Positions 1 to 8,665 of a DNA stretch of 64,000 nt are shown here, piece after piece. The stretch spans positions 29,142-93,141 of the IMG/VR virus record IMGVR_UViG_3300044691_000429; one strand, given 5' to 3'. Below the pieces are notes generated by a model that had not been told where the DNA came from, did no database searches, and was given only the letters and a program-made list of their open reading frames with translations. Origin of the DNA: a virus. The stretch's first letter is position 1. Each line of letters starts with the position of its first letter. Position numbers and translations under genes: made by a program.

Positions 1-260
1 AGGCCGCCGAACTCCCGGCCGACGACGCCGGGCAGCTGGTGCAGGCCGACACCGAAGGTGGTGAGGACGTATCTCCTGGTACCAGCTCCTCGACATCGTC
101 CGAGAAGCCGCCGCCCTCGCCGCCGACGAGCGAGCCCGAGGCCCCATCGCCTGCCCGCAAGACGGCGAGCCGCTCCTCCAAGGGCCGGACGGCGGCCTCT
201 ACTGCCCCTTCGACAACTGGCGACCCGACGGCACCCAGCTCTGACGGCGACGAGGGCTGA
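1..260 (+). CDS. Hypothetical Ser/Pro/Thr-rich protein, 5'-truncated by window edge
   Basis: Open frame from the window start to TGA at 258-260, directly upstream of the next gene. Confidence 0.55.
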   Translation, partial: AAELPADDAGQLVQADTEGGEDVSPGTSSSTSSEKPPPSPPTSEPEAPSPARKTASRSSKGRTAASTAPSTTGDPTAPSSDGDEG

Positions 261-263
261 CGG

Positions 264-479
264 ATGAGCACACCCACACCGCTCAACGGCTACCGCATCA
301 CGTGGGCCTCGGGCGACGGCGACGGTTCCCGCATACACGCCCACGAGGTGCAGGCGACGAACTGGGCAATCGACCCCAGCATCGGCTTCGCCATCTTCAA
401 GAACGCGGACGACACGACTGTCTTCGCGATCAACGTCGAGTTCCTCGTCGCCGTCGAGCGCGTCACCGAGAAGAGCTGA
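264..479 (+). CDS. Hypothetical phage protein (71 aa)
   Basis: ORF with typical codon usage packed between late genes. Confidence 0.65.
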   Translation: MSTPTPLNGYRITWASGDGDGSRIHAHEVQATNWAIDPSIGFAIFKNADDTTVFAINVEFLVAVERVTEKS

Positions 480-487
480 GGGAGGGT

Positions 488-1543
488 ATGAGCACGGCCT
501 GGTTCGCGACCAGGGAGGACGTGAGGTCCGCCCTGAGCTCGGCTTCGTCTGCGCGTGATGACGCGCAGATCGACCGCGCCCTCGCTTCGGCGACGACCGC
601 GGTCTCCGAGCTGTGCCACCGCGATTTCCAGCCCGTGCTCACCACCCGCACCTTCGACTGGCCCGACGCGCAGACGCCCCGGTCGTGGCGCCAGTGGCTC
701 GACCGCAACGAACTCATCTCCGCCAGCCTCGTCGTGTCCGGCGGCGTCACCATCCCCGCCACCGACTACTACCTGGAACCCAACAACGACGGGCCGCCCT
801 ACGACCGGATCGAGATCCGCCTCGACCGGCAGTCCGCATGGTCCATGGGCTCCACCCACCAGCGCGCCATCTCGGTGACCGGATGGTTCGGGTACCGCGA
901 CGACCAGGCGGCCGCCGGGGCGCTCGCCGCAGCCATTACCTCGACCACCGCCACCACGGCCACGGTCACCGACTCCACCGCGGTGGGCGTCGGCGACCTC
1001 CTGTCCTGCGGCGCGGAGCGCATGACGGTCGCCAACAAGCGCCTGGTCAGCACCGGGCAGACGCTCCAGTCCCCGCTCGGCGCGGCCAAGAACGATGTGC
1101 TCATGAGCGTTGCCGACACCACGGCGTTCGCCGTCGGGGAGACGCTGACCCTCGGCGCCGAGCGCGTCTGGGTGCGGGACATCACCGACACCCTCCTCGT
1201 GGAGCGCGCCTACGACGGAACCCAACTTGACTCCCACAGCGGCGAGACGATCTGGGCCCCGCGGCTGCTGACCCTCACGCGGGGCGCGGCCGGCACGCTT
1301 CCCGCAACGGCGGCCGGCGGGACGGCGCTCACCCGGTGGGCGCCTCCTGGGATGGTCAAGTCGCTGGCTGTCGCAGAGGCCATGTGCACGCTTTACAACG
1401 AGCAGGCCGGCTACGCCCGGACCGTGCGCACGCAGGCAGGCAGCGGCACCCGCTCGGTGGCCGCAGTCACGGTCGAGCGGGACAACCTGCGGGCTCAGGT
1501 CTATTCCAGCCTCGGCCGCCAGGCCCGGATCAGGGCGGTGTGA
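488..1543 (+). CDS. Head-to-tail adaptor-like protein with internal beta-repeat insert
   Basis: GGAGG RBS then ATG 488; N-term ATREDV..AL...IDRAL..A...V..LCHR.F and C-term V..LAVAEA resemble gp6/gp15-type adaptors; position in the late operon. Confidence 0.7.
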   Translation: MSTAWFATREDVRSALSSASSARDDAQIDRALASATTAVSELCHRDFQPVLTTRTFDWPDAQTPRSWRQWLDRNELISASLVVSGGVTIPATDYYLEPNNDGPPYDRIEIRLDRQSAWSMGSTHQRAISVTGWFGYRDDQAAAGALAAAITSTTATTATVTDSTAVGVGDLLSCGAERMTVANKRLVSTGQTLQSPLGAAKNDVLMSVADTTAFAVGETLTLGAERVWVRDITDTLLVERAYDGTQLDSHSGETIWAPRLLTLTRGAAGTLPATAAGGTALTRWAPPGMVKSLAVAEAMCTLYNEQAGYARTVRTQAGSGTRSVAAVTVERDNLRAQVYSSLGRQARIRAV

Positions 1544-1544
1544 C

Positions 1545-1937
1545 ATGGGAGTCACATACGGCGTCAACGTCCGCCTGAAGGGCCCCATCGTGGAGGGGCG
1601 CGGCAAGATCGCCACGGCGCGCATGACGTCCACCGCGCTGCGCGATGTCGCGGACTACGCCAAGTACGAGGTCAGCATGGACCTGACCAAGGTGCTGCGC
1701 CACCCCACCGGCTACTACGAGTCGCGGATCGTGAAGGAGCTGCGTGGCCCCGGGGTGTACAGCATCAACGACTCCGGCGTGATCTACGGGCCATGGCTGG
1801 AAGGCGTTAGCTTCCGCAACCAGACCAGCAGTTTCAAGGGCTACGCCACGTTCCGCCGCGCCCGCAACCGCGTCTCACGAAAGGCCACCGCCATCGGTGA
1901 GGCCGCCATCGCCCGAGGGGTGGGACTGCTCGGATGA
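1545..1937 (+). CDS. Minor capsid / HK97-gp10-like neck protein
   Basis: TGYY...I, VIYGPWLEG motif, basic composition, position after the adaptor. Confidence 0.6.
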   Translation: MGVTYGVNVRLKGPIVEGRGKIATARMTSTALRDVADYAKYEVSMDLTKVLRHPTGYYESRIVKELRGPGVYSINDSGVIYGPWLEGVSFRNQTSSFKGYATFRRARNRVSRKATAIGEAAIARGVGLLG

Positions 1938-2395
1938 GCCTCGACGTCACCACCATCCTCGACGCGATCCAGTCCCACGCGCTGGCCAGTGGCTACTTCA
2001 CCAAGGTCAACGGCGCCGAGCCCAAGAGCCCGCCGGACACCTCGGGAATCCTCTGCGCGGTGTGGGTCGAGGAGATCGGCCCCGCCACCGGAGCCTCCGG
2101 CCTGGACTCCACCAGCATCCGCCTCGCCTTCTACGTGCGGCTGTACGCGGGCCTGCTCACGGAGGCCGAGGATGCCATCGACCCGAACCTGATGACCGCC
2201 CTCGACGCGCTGATGGCTGCGTACAGCAGCGACTTCACCTTGGGCGGCCTGGTGCGGCAGGTCGATCTTCTCGGTGCGTTCGGCAATCCGCTGGCGGCCC
2301 GCGCCGGCTACCTCGTTGAGGGCGGCGCCGAGTTTCGAGTCATGACCATCACGCTGCCCGTCGTGGTCAACGACCTCTGGGAGCAGAGCGAATGA
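1934..2395 (+). CDS. Tail terminator-like protein
   Basis: Acidic 153 aa protein with DFTLGGLV motif, located before the tail tube genes. Confidence 0.65.
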   Translation: MSLDVTTILDAIQSHALASGYFTKVNGAEPKSPPDTSGILCAVWVEEIGPATGASGLDSTSIRLAFYVRLYAGLLTEAEDAIDPNLMTALDALMAAYSSDFTLGGLVRQVDLLGAFGNPLAARAGYLVEGGAEFRVMTITLPVVVNDLWEQSE

Positions 2396-2691
2396 GCGAT
2401 CCCGTCATCACCGTCACGGCGACCGTCATGGACGGCCAGGTCGCCCGCTGGTACCGCAGTGTCGAGGACGCCACGATCCACCGCGCCGTGCTCAGCGCGT
2501 CCCGAAGCGGGGTCAGCGTCTACGCCGAGTTCCTGACGGACGTGCCGCAGGAGTGGATCGACGCCGCGAAGGCCGCACATGCCGAGCTCGCCGCCGACCG
2601 GAACGCCGACGTGCGGCACCTGGCCACACACAGGAACCGGGGCTTCTCGAACGGCCCGCTGGAACCGGTAGAGAAGGGAGACCAGTCGTGA
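2392..2691 (+). CDS. Hypothetical protein
   Basis: ATGA and GTGA overlaps with both neighbours. Confidence 0.65.
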   Translation: MSDPVITVTATVMDGQVARWYRSVEDATIHRAVLSASRSGVSVYAEFLTDVPQEWIDAAKAAHAELAADRNADVRHLATHRNRGFSNGPLEPVEKGDQS

Positions 2692-3425
2692 CCAAGCAGG
2701 GCGGCCTCGGCGACAACTTCTACGTCAGCGGCTTCAACGCGTCCGGCAGCATCAACGCGCTCGGCAACGTCGGGGGCGGTCCGGCTGCGCTGGACCTCAC
2801 GGACATCACGCAGTCCGCGATGGCCCGCCAGGGCGGTGTCAGGGACGGCCGGATCGACTTCACGAGCTTCTTCGACCCTGCGCTCGGCATGACTCACGAC
2901 AAGCTCGCGGCGCTGCCGACGGCGGACGTTCTGTTCACCTACTGCCGGGGTACCACGCTGGGCGCCCCCGCATCGTGCCTGAACGGCAAGCAGATCGACT
3001 ATGCCGGGACCCGCGGCCAGGACGGGTCCTTCACCTTCGCGGTCAACGGGCAGGCCAACGGCTTCGGCCTGGAGTGGGGACTGCTGGGCACCGCTGGCAT
3101 CCGCACCGACACCGCGGCGACCAACGGGACGGCCCTGGACAACGCGGCCTCCAGCGCGTTCGGGTTGCAGGCCTACGTGCAGGTCTTCTCCATCACCGGT
3201 ACCAGCGTGACCGTGAAACTCCAGGACTCCCCGGACAACGTCACGTTCACCGACGTGGTCGGCGGCGCGTTTGCCGCGGCGACCGTGGCCGGGGCGCAGC
3301 GCATCGCCACCTCGAACGCCCAGACCGTGGCCCGCTATGTGCGGGTGGCGACCACCGGGACGTTCACCAACGCGCAGTTCGCCGTCGTGATCTGCCGCAA
3401 CCCGATCGCAGGGGTGACCTTCTGA
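2688..3425 (+). CDS. Tail tube-like structural protein with C-terminal beta domain
   Basis: GTG 2688 after AAGGGAG; D.T.I..SAM.R motif shared with 3890-4300; Gly/Ala/Thr-rich. Confidence 0.65.
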   Translation: MTKQGGLGDNFYVSGFNASGSINALGNVGGGPAALDLTDITQSAMARQGGVRDGRIDFTSFFDPALGMTHDKLAALPTADVLFTYCRGTTLGAPASCLNGKQIDYAGTRGQDGSFTFAVNGQANGFGLEWGLLGTAGIRTDTAATNGTALDNAASSAFGLQAYVQVFSITGTSVTVKLQDSPDNVTFTDVVGGAFAAATVAGAQRIATSNAQTVARYVRVATTGTFTNAQFAVVICRNPIAGVTF

Positions 3426-3862
3426 TGAGCGTGATCGAGCCCCGCATGGGCCCCGAGTCGTACAAGACGTATGCGATCGCCTCGCCGCTGGCGACGCACT
3501 GGCGCCCCGCGTCGTGCGAGGAGATCGACTGCCAGGACTTCCTGAACGGCTGGCGGACCCGCGTTGAGGGCCTGGCCCCCGAGGTGCTGCACGCGGTGCG
3601 GCACCAGAGCGGCCGGAAGTTCACGGAGCTGCCGGTCGTCGAGGGCGAGACGTGGCTGGTCTTCGAGCCGGGTCAGCCGTGCTGGCGGGCCAGTCTGCAC
3701 CGGATCCCCGTCGGCCGGCCGGAGCTGTACGTGGTGCGGGACGGCGACCGGCGCGGTAATCCGCGCGGCACCAAGGACCGGCTGCACGTCAAGCCGGAGC
3801 ACTGGCAAGAGGACTTCGCGACGCACCAGCAGGGGCTCGCGGACGCCATCGAACGCGGATAA
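3425..3862 (+). CDS. Hypothetical phage protein (Cys/His motifs)
   Basis: TGATG overlap; MSVIEPRMGPESYKTY..., CEEIDC. Confidence 0.7.
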   Translation: MSVIEPRMGPESYKTYAIASPLATHWRPASCEEIDCQDFLNGWRTRVEGLAPEVLHAVRHQSGRKFTELPVVEGETWLVFEPGQPCWRASLHRIPVGRPELYVVRDGDRRGNPRGTKDRLHVKPEHWQEDFATHQQGLADAIERG

Positions 3863-3889
3863 CGGCATTTACAGCAATTCAGAGAGGGA

Positions 3890-4300
3890 GTGAGTCCCAT
3901 TTCGAAAAGCTCGGGATTGGGCTGGAGTACGTGCACGGTGGACGATGCGTCCGGCACGCCGACCATCATCAAGAACGACGTCACCAACCTCCAATTCGCC
4001 ACGCCTCGCGCGGTGCAGGACGTCACGGGTATCGACAAGTCGGCGATGGAGCGGCTGCTGCTGCTCGCCGATGCCAGCATCACGTTGCAGACGGTGTTCA
4101 ACCCGACCGGGGCGCACCTGGTGTTCTCCACGGTGCCGTCCACGTCGGTGGCCCGGACCACGACTCTCACCGTCAGCGGAAAGACGCTGGCGATGGAGAT
4201 CCTGTACACGGACTACCCGTTGCAGCGGTCGAATGCGGGTGACCTCACCGCGTCCATTCCTGGTGTCTTGGCGGACGGAAATGTGCCCACATGGGCGTGA
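3890..4300 (+). CDS. Major tail (tube) protein
   Basis: 136 aa, QDVTGIDKSAMER motif, ends VPTWA, precedes the tail chaperone. Confidence 0.75.
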   Translation: MSPISKSSGLGWSTCTVDDASGTPTIIKNDVTNLQFATPRAVQDVTGIDKSAMERLLLLADASITLQTVFNPTGAHLVFSTVPSTSVARTTTLTVSGKTLAMEILYTDYPLQRSNAGDLTASIPGVLADGNVPTWA

Positions 4301-4336
4301 GCGAGTAACGGCCCGTTTCGAGCAAGGAGTAACACC

Positions 4337-4744
4337 GTGGGCAGCAGGCGGAATCCGACGCTGTACAAGCTGACGTTCGATGAGACCACCGACGATCCGG
4401 GTTTGGAGATCACCCTCAGGTCGATGTCGATCCGGAAGCTCAAGGAGCTGAGCGGGCAGCGGCGAGACGGCGAGACGGACGACGAGGTGTTTGACCGCCT
4501 GTGCTCGCTGATCGCCTCTCAGCTCGTCTCCTGGAACCGGGAGGACGAGGACGGCAACCCGGTCCCGGCGACGCTTGAGTCCCTGGAGGACGAGGAGCCG
4601 AAGCTCGTCCACGCCATCATCGCCAAGTGGAATAACGCCATGGTGGGCGTCCCGGCCCCTTTGGAAAGCGACTCGCCCTCTGGCGAGCTTTCCCCGGTGG
4701 AATCGATTCTGACGGAAATCCCGTCCGAAAGCCTCGCGAGCTAG
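4337..4744 (+). CDS. Tail assembly chaperone (gpG-like); -1 frameshift at 4657-4663 extends it to 4899 (gpGT-like)
   Basis: Acidic ORF (SWNREDEDGNPVP) upstream of the tape measure; slippery heptamer C CCT TTG; -1 frame open to TAA 4897-4899. Confidence 0.8.
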   Translation: MGSRRNPTLYKLTFDETTDDPGLEITLRSMSIRKLKELSGQRRDGETDDEVFDRLCSLIASQLVSWNREDEDGNPVPATLESLEDEEPKLVHAIIAKWNNAMVGVPAPLESDSPSGELSPVESILTEIPSESLAS

Positions 4745-4864
4745 AGGACGCCGAGTTCCTGGACGAACTTTGCCGACGGTGGCACGTGCCGCCGTGGGAA
4801 GTCGAGAACGCGCCTGCGGAGTATTTGCAGTACCTAGAAATCCTGCGATTGGGGGTGAATTCCG

Positions 4865-7800
4865 ATGTCGAACCTGGTGGAAATCCTGGTAACGGCTAAA
4901 GACCTGACGGGCCCGGCGATGGCCGAGGTCAACGCGAAGGTCAACAGTGCATCCAAGGGCATGGCCGTCTTCCACAAGACGGCGCTGCTAGCCGGGGCGG
5001 GTTTCGCGGCCATTGGTTTCGAGGCCGTGAAGATGGCCAGCCGGTTCGACAGCGAAATGACCCTGTTGCAGACGCAGGCCGGGGTGAGCAAGGACAAGAT
5101 CGGCGGCCTCAAGCAAGGCGTTCTCGACCTTGCGGGGAAGGTCGCGCAGAGCCCGGACAGCCTCGCCGAGGCGCTGTTCCACGTCGAGTCGAACTTCGAA
5201 TCGATGGGCATCACCTCGACGAAGGCGCTCGCGCTGACCGAGACCGCAGCCAAGGGCGCCACCGTCGGCCACGCGAACCTCGTGGACGTCACCAACGCCC
5301 TGACCGCCGCCGTCGCCTCGGGAATCCCCGGGGTGCAGAACTTCGACCAGGCCATGGGCATGTTGAACGCCACGGTCGGTGTCGGCGACATGAAGATGTC
5401 CGACCTGGCTTCCGCGTTCAGCACCGGCATGGTCGCCACCGTCAAGGGCTACGGGCTCAGCATCACGGACGTCTCGGCCGCCCTGGCCGTCTTCGGTGAC
5501 AACAACATCAGGGGTACCAACGCGGCGACCCAGCTGCGCATGGCCGTGCAGTATCTGGCCAAGCCCGTGGCCGGCGGTGCGGCTCAGTTGCAGGCTCTCG
5601 GGTTGCAGACGGACACCCTGGCGAAGGACATGCAGAAGGGCGGCCTGAAGCTCGCCCTGGAGGATCTGGTCGGGCATATGCAGGCGGCGGGTATCGCCTC
5701 CGATCAGCAGGGCCAGGTCATCACCAACGCGTTCGGCAAAAAAGCTGGAACCGGGATCAATATTTTGGTCGACCAGCTCGGCCGCATGGAGAGCAAGTAT
5801 CCGGCGCTGGCCGCGGGTGCGATGGGTTTCCAGGACGCGTGGACGGCGACGACGAAGACGGCGGCGTTCCAGGCGAAGGCGCTCCAGTCGTCGTTCGACG
5901 CGTTGATGATCAGCATCGGGGAGAAGCTGCTGCCCCCGTTGCAGTCGCTCCTGAATCTGCTGTCGTCACACAAAGCGATCACCATGGGCGCGACCGTGGC
6001 GACTCTCGGCCTGCTCGGCGCTGTGGTGCTGGTGTCCGCGGCGATGAAGACGGCGGCGGCAGCCACGATGCTGTGGTCTGCGGCGACGAAGGGCGCGGCA
6101 GGCGTAGCGGCCGTGTTCGAGACTGTCGCCCTCAAGGCCATGTACATGAAGGACGCGTCGATCGCGGCCGGTGGTGGCCTGAAGGGTCTCGGTGCCGCGT
6201 TCGGCACGCTGTCCACCGGGGCGAAGCTGGGCGTCGCCGTGGCCGCGATCGGCGCGCTGGTGCTGGTCCTGGACAAGCTGTCGAACTCCGGGAAGCACGC
6301 CCCGGACGTTGACCGGATGGCCACGGCTCTCGGGGATCTGGCGCTGAAGGGCAAGGCGACGGGTGAGCTTTCGAGGACGTTCGGCGCGGATCTCAGCGGC
6401 CTGGGCGACGACATCGCGAAGCTCAGCGGCAAGAAGGACGCGCTCGATCACTTCAACGACGTGATGAACAAGATCTTCACCCTCGGCATGGGGCACTCCA
6501 ACGGGCCGAGGCAGGCGGCGGAGGATATCGGCGCGGTCGACAAGGGCCTCGCGTCGCTGGTGACGTCGGGGCACGCGGACCTGGCAGCGATCGCTCTGGG
6601 CAACCTGCAAAGGGCCGGGACGAAGATCGACCCGAAGTACCTGGACGCCTACACGCACGCGCTCGCCGACACCCAGTACCAGAGTGATCTGACCGCGCAG
6701 GCGCAGGGCAAGTTCGGCAAGCAGGCCCAGGACGTACAGGCCGCGCTCGACGTGCAGAAGGCCGCAGCGGACGGGCTGGCCCTGTCGCTCCAGGCGCTGG
6801 ACCAGATCAACCAGGACTCGTACAACTCGCAGACCAAGTTCGAGGACGCGATCAGCAAGGGCACCGCCGCACTGAAGACCAACGGCGCGACCCTCGATGT
6901 CCACACCGACAAGGGCCGGGCCAACCGGGACGCGCTCGCTGCGATCGCGGCCGGCACGGACGACTACACGGCCAAGCTCGTCAAGCAGGGAGCCACGTGG
7001 GACACGGTCAACGGGGTGTATCAGCGGGGTTACAACTCGCTGGTGAAGTCGGCCATTGCCATGGGCGACAGCCGGCAACAGGCCGAGGCGCTGGCGAACA
7101 GTCTGATCCACATTCCGAAGGAGGTGAAGGTAGGCGGCAATATCTCGGATGTCGAGGCGAAGCTGAAGAAGCTCAACGGGGAACTCAAGACCGCCACCGG
7201 GTCGAGGACGACGAAGGTCAAGGCGGACATCGCTGACGCCGAGAAGAAACTCGCCGACTACAAGTGGCAGTTGGCGCAACTGGGCCCCAAGACCGTCACG
7301 CTCACCACGTTCTTCAACTCGGTGTACTCGGGTCCGAACCTCGGTGGTCTCCCCAAGAGGGCGACCGGTGGCCAGATCAAGGGCCCGGGTACAGGCGCCA
7401 GCGATGACGTGCTGATGTGGGGCAGCAACGGCGAGTACGTCATCAACGCGGAGCAGACGAAGAAGCACAAAGGGCTGCTCGATGCCATCAACGGCGGCCT
7501 CGACGGGTTCGCCGGGGGTGGCCTTATCGGTTACGCCAAGGGCGGGAAGGTCACCGCAGCCCGGAAGGCAGCGCAGAAGGCAACCGCAGCGGAGCAGCAG
7601 GCACGCGGTGACGCACTGAGCCAGCTCGACGTGAGCGGGTACGGGCGGGTGGCCGGGTATTCCGCGTCGCCGTTCGAGCATTCGACGTCGGGTGCGGGCA
7701 GTGTGGACAGTCTCGTTAGCGCGTTGAATGAGTGGAACGGCCGTATCCGGGCGGCGACCCGCGGGGCGACCGAGTCGAAGCTGCTGAACGCGCTGAACAA

Positions 7801-8665
7801 CTTCGGCGCGGGGATGCTCAAGAACGAGAAGGCCCTCGAACGGGTCAACGGGCAGCTCGACGGCGCGCGGGCGAAGCTCACGAGCCTGAAGGACTCCTTC
7901 AATCAGCTGCGGGACTCCGTGGCGTCCTCGGTCACCTCATACGGCTCCATCGCGAAGTCCGGCACCGGCCAGCCGGGCGGGGCGGCGAGCGTCATCAACC
8001 AGCTCCAGACCGATACGACCACGGCGAAACGATTCGCCTCCGACCTGGCGGCGCTGAAGAAGAAGGGCCTGAACGCCCAGTCCCTCACGGAGATCGCGAA
8101 CGCCGGCATCTCGGGCGGCGGCCTGGAGACCGCGGAACGCCTCCTCGGCTCGTCCAAGAGCGACGTGAAGACCATCAACGCCCTGGAGAAGCAGCTCCTC
8201 GCCGCGGGCAACGCAGCGGGCACGACCACCGCGAGCAGCATGTACGGGGCGGGCATCAGCCAGGCGCAGGGCCTGGTGAACGGGCTGGCGAAGCAGCAGT
8301 CGCACCTGAACGCGATCATGGAGAAGGCCGCGGACGCCATGGCCGCGCAGCTCAAGCGGTCCCTGTCCGGCAAGGCGTCCGGCGGCATCGTGGGCGCCGC
8401 GGCGTCCGGAGGCAACCGGTGGGGCCGGACCCTGGTCGGCGAGTACGCGCCGGAACTGGTCGACCTGCCCATCGGGTCGCGGGTGCACTCGGGCCCGGAC
8501 ACCGCGCGGATGCTCTCCGGCGAGGGTGGACGGATGGCTCCGATCCTCGTCCAGGTCGTGATGGACAGCCGCGTCGTCGCGGAGCAGCTGGTCGAGCCCA
8601 CTCGGAACCTGGTGCAGCGCAAGGCCGGCGGGGACGTGCAGAAGTTCTACGGGGGGCGGCTCTGA
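4865..8665 (+). CDS. Tail tape measure protein (TP901-family N-terminal region)
   Basis: 1266 aa, Ala/Gly-rich helical, hydrophobic middle, GPGTG.SD.V...SNGEYV and GE..PELV motifs. Confidence 0.93.
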   Translation: MSNLVEILVTAKDLTGPAMAEVNAKVNSASKGMAVFHKTALLAGAGFAAIGFEAVKMASRFDSEMTLLQTQAGVSKDKIGGLKQGVLDLAGKVAQSPDSLAEALFHVESNFESMGITSTKALALTETAAKGATVGHANLVDVTNALTAAVASGIPGVQNFDQAMGMLNATVGVGDMKMSDLASAFSTGMVATVKGYGLSITDVSAALAVFGDNNIRGTNAATQLRMAVQYLAKPVAGGAAQLQALGLQTDTLAKDMQKGGLKLALEDLVGHMQAAGIASDQQGQVITNAFGKKAGTGINILVDQLGRMESKYPALAAGAMGFQDAWTATTKTAAFQAKALQSSFDALMISIGEKLLPPLQSLLNLLSSHKAITMGATVATLGLLGAVVLVSAAMKTAAAATMLWSAATKGAAGVAAVFETVALKAMYMKDASIAAGGGLKGLGAAFGTLSTGAKLGVAVAAIGALVLVLDKLSNSGKHAPDVDRMATALGDLALKGKATGELSRTFGADLSGLGDDIAKLSGKKDALDHFNDVMNKIFTLGMGHSNGPRQAAEDIGAVDKGLASLVTSGHADLAAIALGNLQRAGTKIDPKYLDAYTHALADTQYQSDLTAQAQGKFGKQAQDVQAALDVQKAAADGLALSLQALDQINQDSYNSQTKFEDAISKGTAALKTNGATLDVHTDKGRANRDALAAIAAGTDDYTAKLVKQGATWDTVNGVYQRGYNSLVKSAIAMGDSRQQAEALANSLIHIPKEVKVGGNISDVEAKLKKLNGELKTATGSRTTKVKADIADAEKKLADYKWQLAQLGPKTVTLTTFFNSVYSGPNLGGLPKRATGGQIKGPGTGASDDVLMWGSNGEYVINAEQTKKHKGLLDAINGGLDGFAGGGLIGYAKGGKVTAARKAAQKATAAEQQARGDALSQLDVSGYGRVAGYSASPFEHSTSGAGSVDSLVSALNEWNGRIRAATRGATESKLLNALNNFGAGMLKNEKALERVNGQLDGARAKLTSLKDSFNQLRDSVASSVTSYGSIAKSGTGQPGGAASVINQLQTDTTTAKRFASDLAALKKKGLNAQSLTEIANAGISGGGLETAERLLGSSKSDVKTINALEKQLLAAGNAAGTTTASSMYGAGISQAQGLVNGLAKQQSHLNAIMEKAADAMAAQLKRSLSGKASGGIVGAAASGGNRWGRTLVGEYAPELVDLPIGSRVHSGPDTARMLSGEGGRMAPILVQVVMDSRVVAEQLVEPTRNLVQRKAGGDVQKFYGGRL

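Noticed and set aside
7732-8664. 311-codon N-terminal extension of the minor tail ORF overlapping the tape measure gene
   Set aside because: Arg/Gly-rich off-frame translation typical of high-GC DNA; the real start is ATG 8665, overlapping the tape measure stop.
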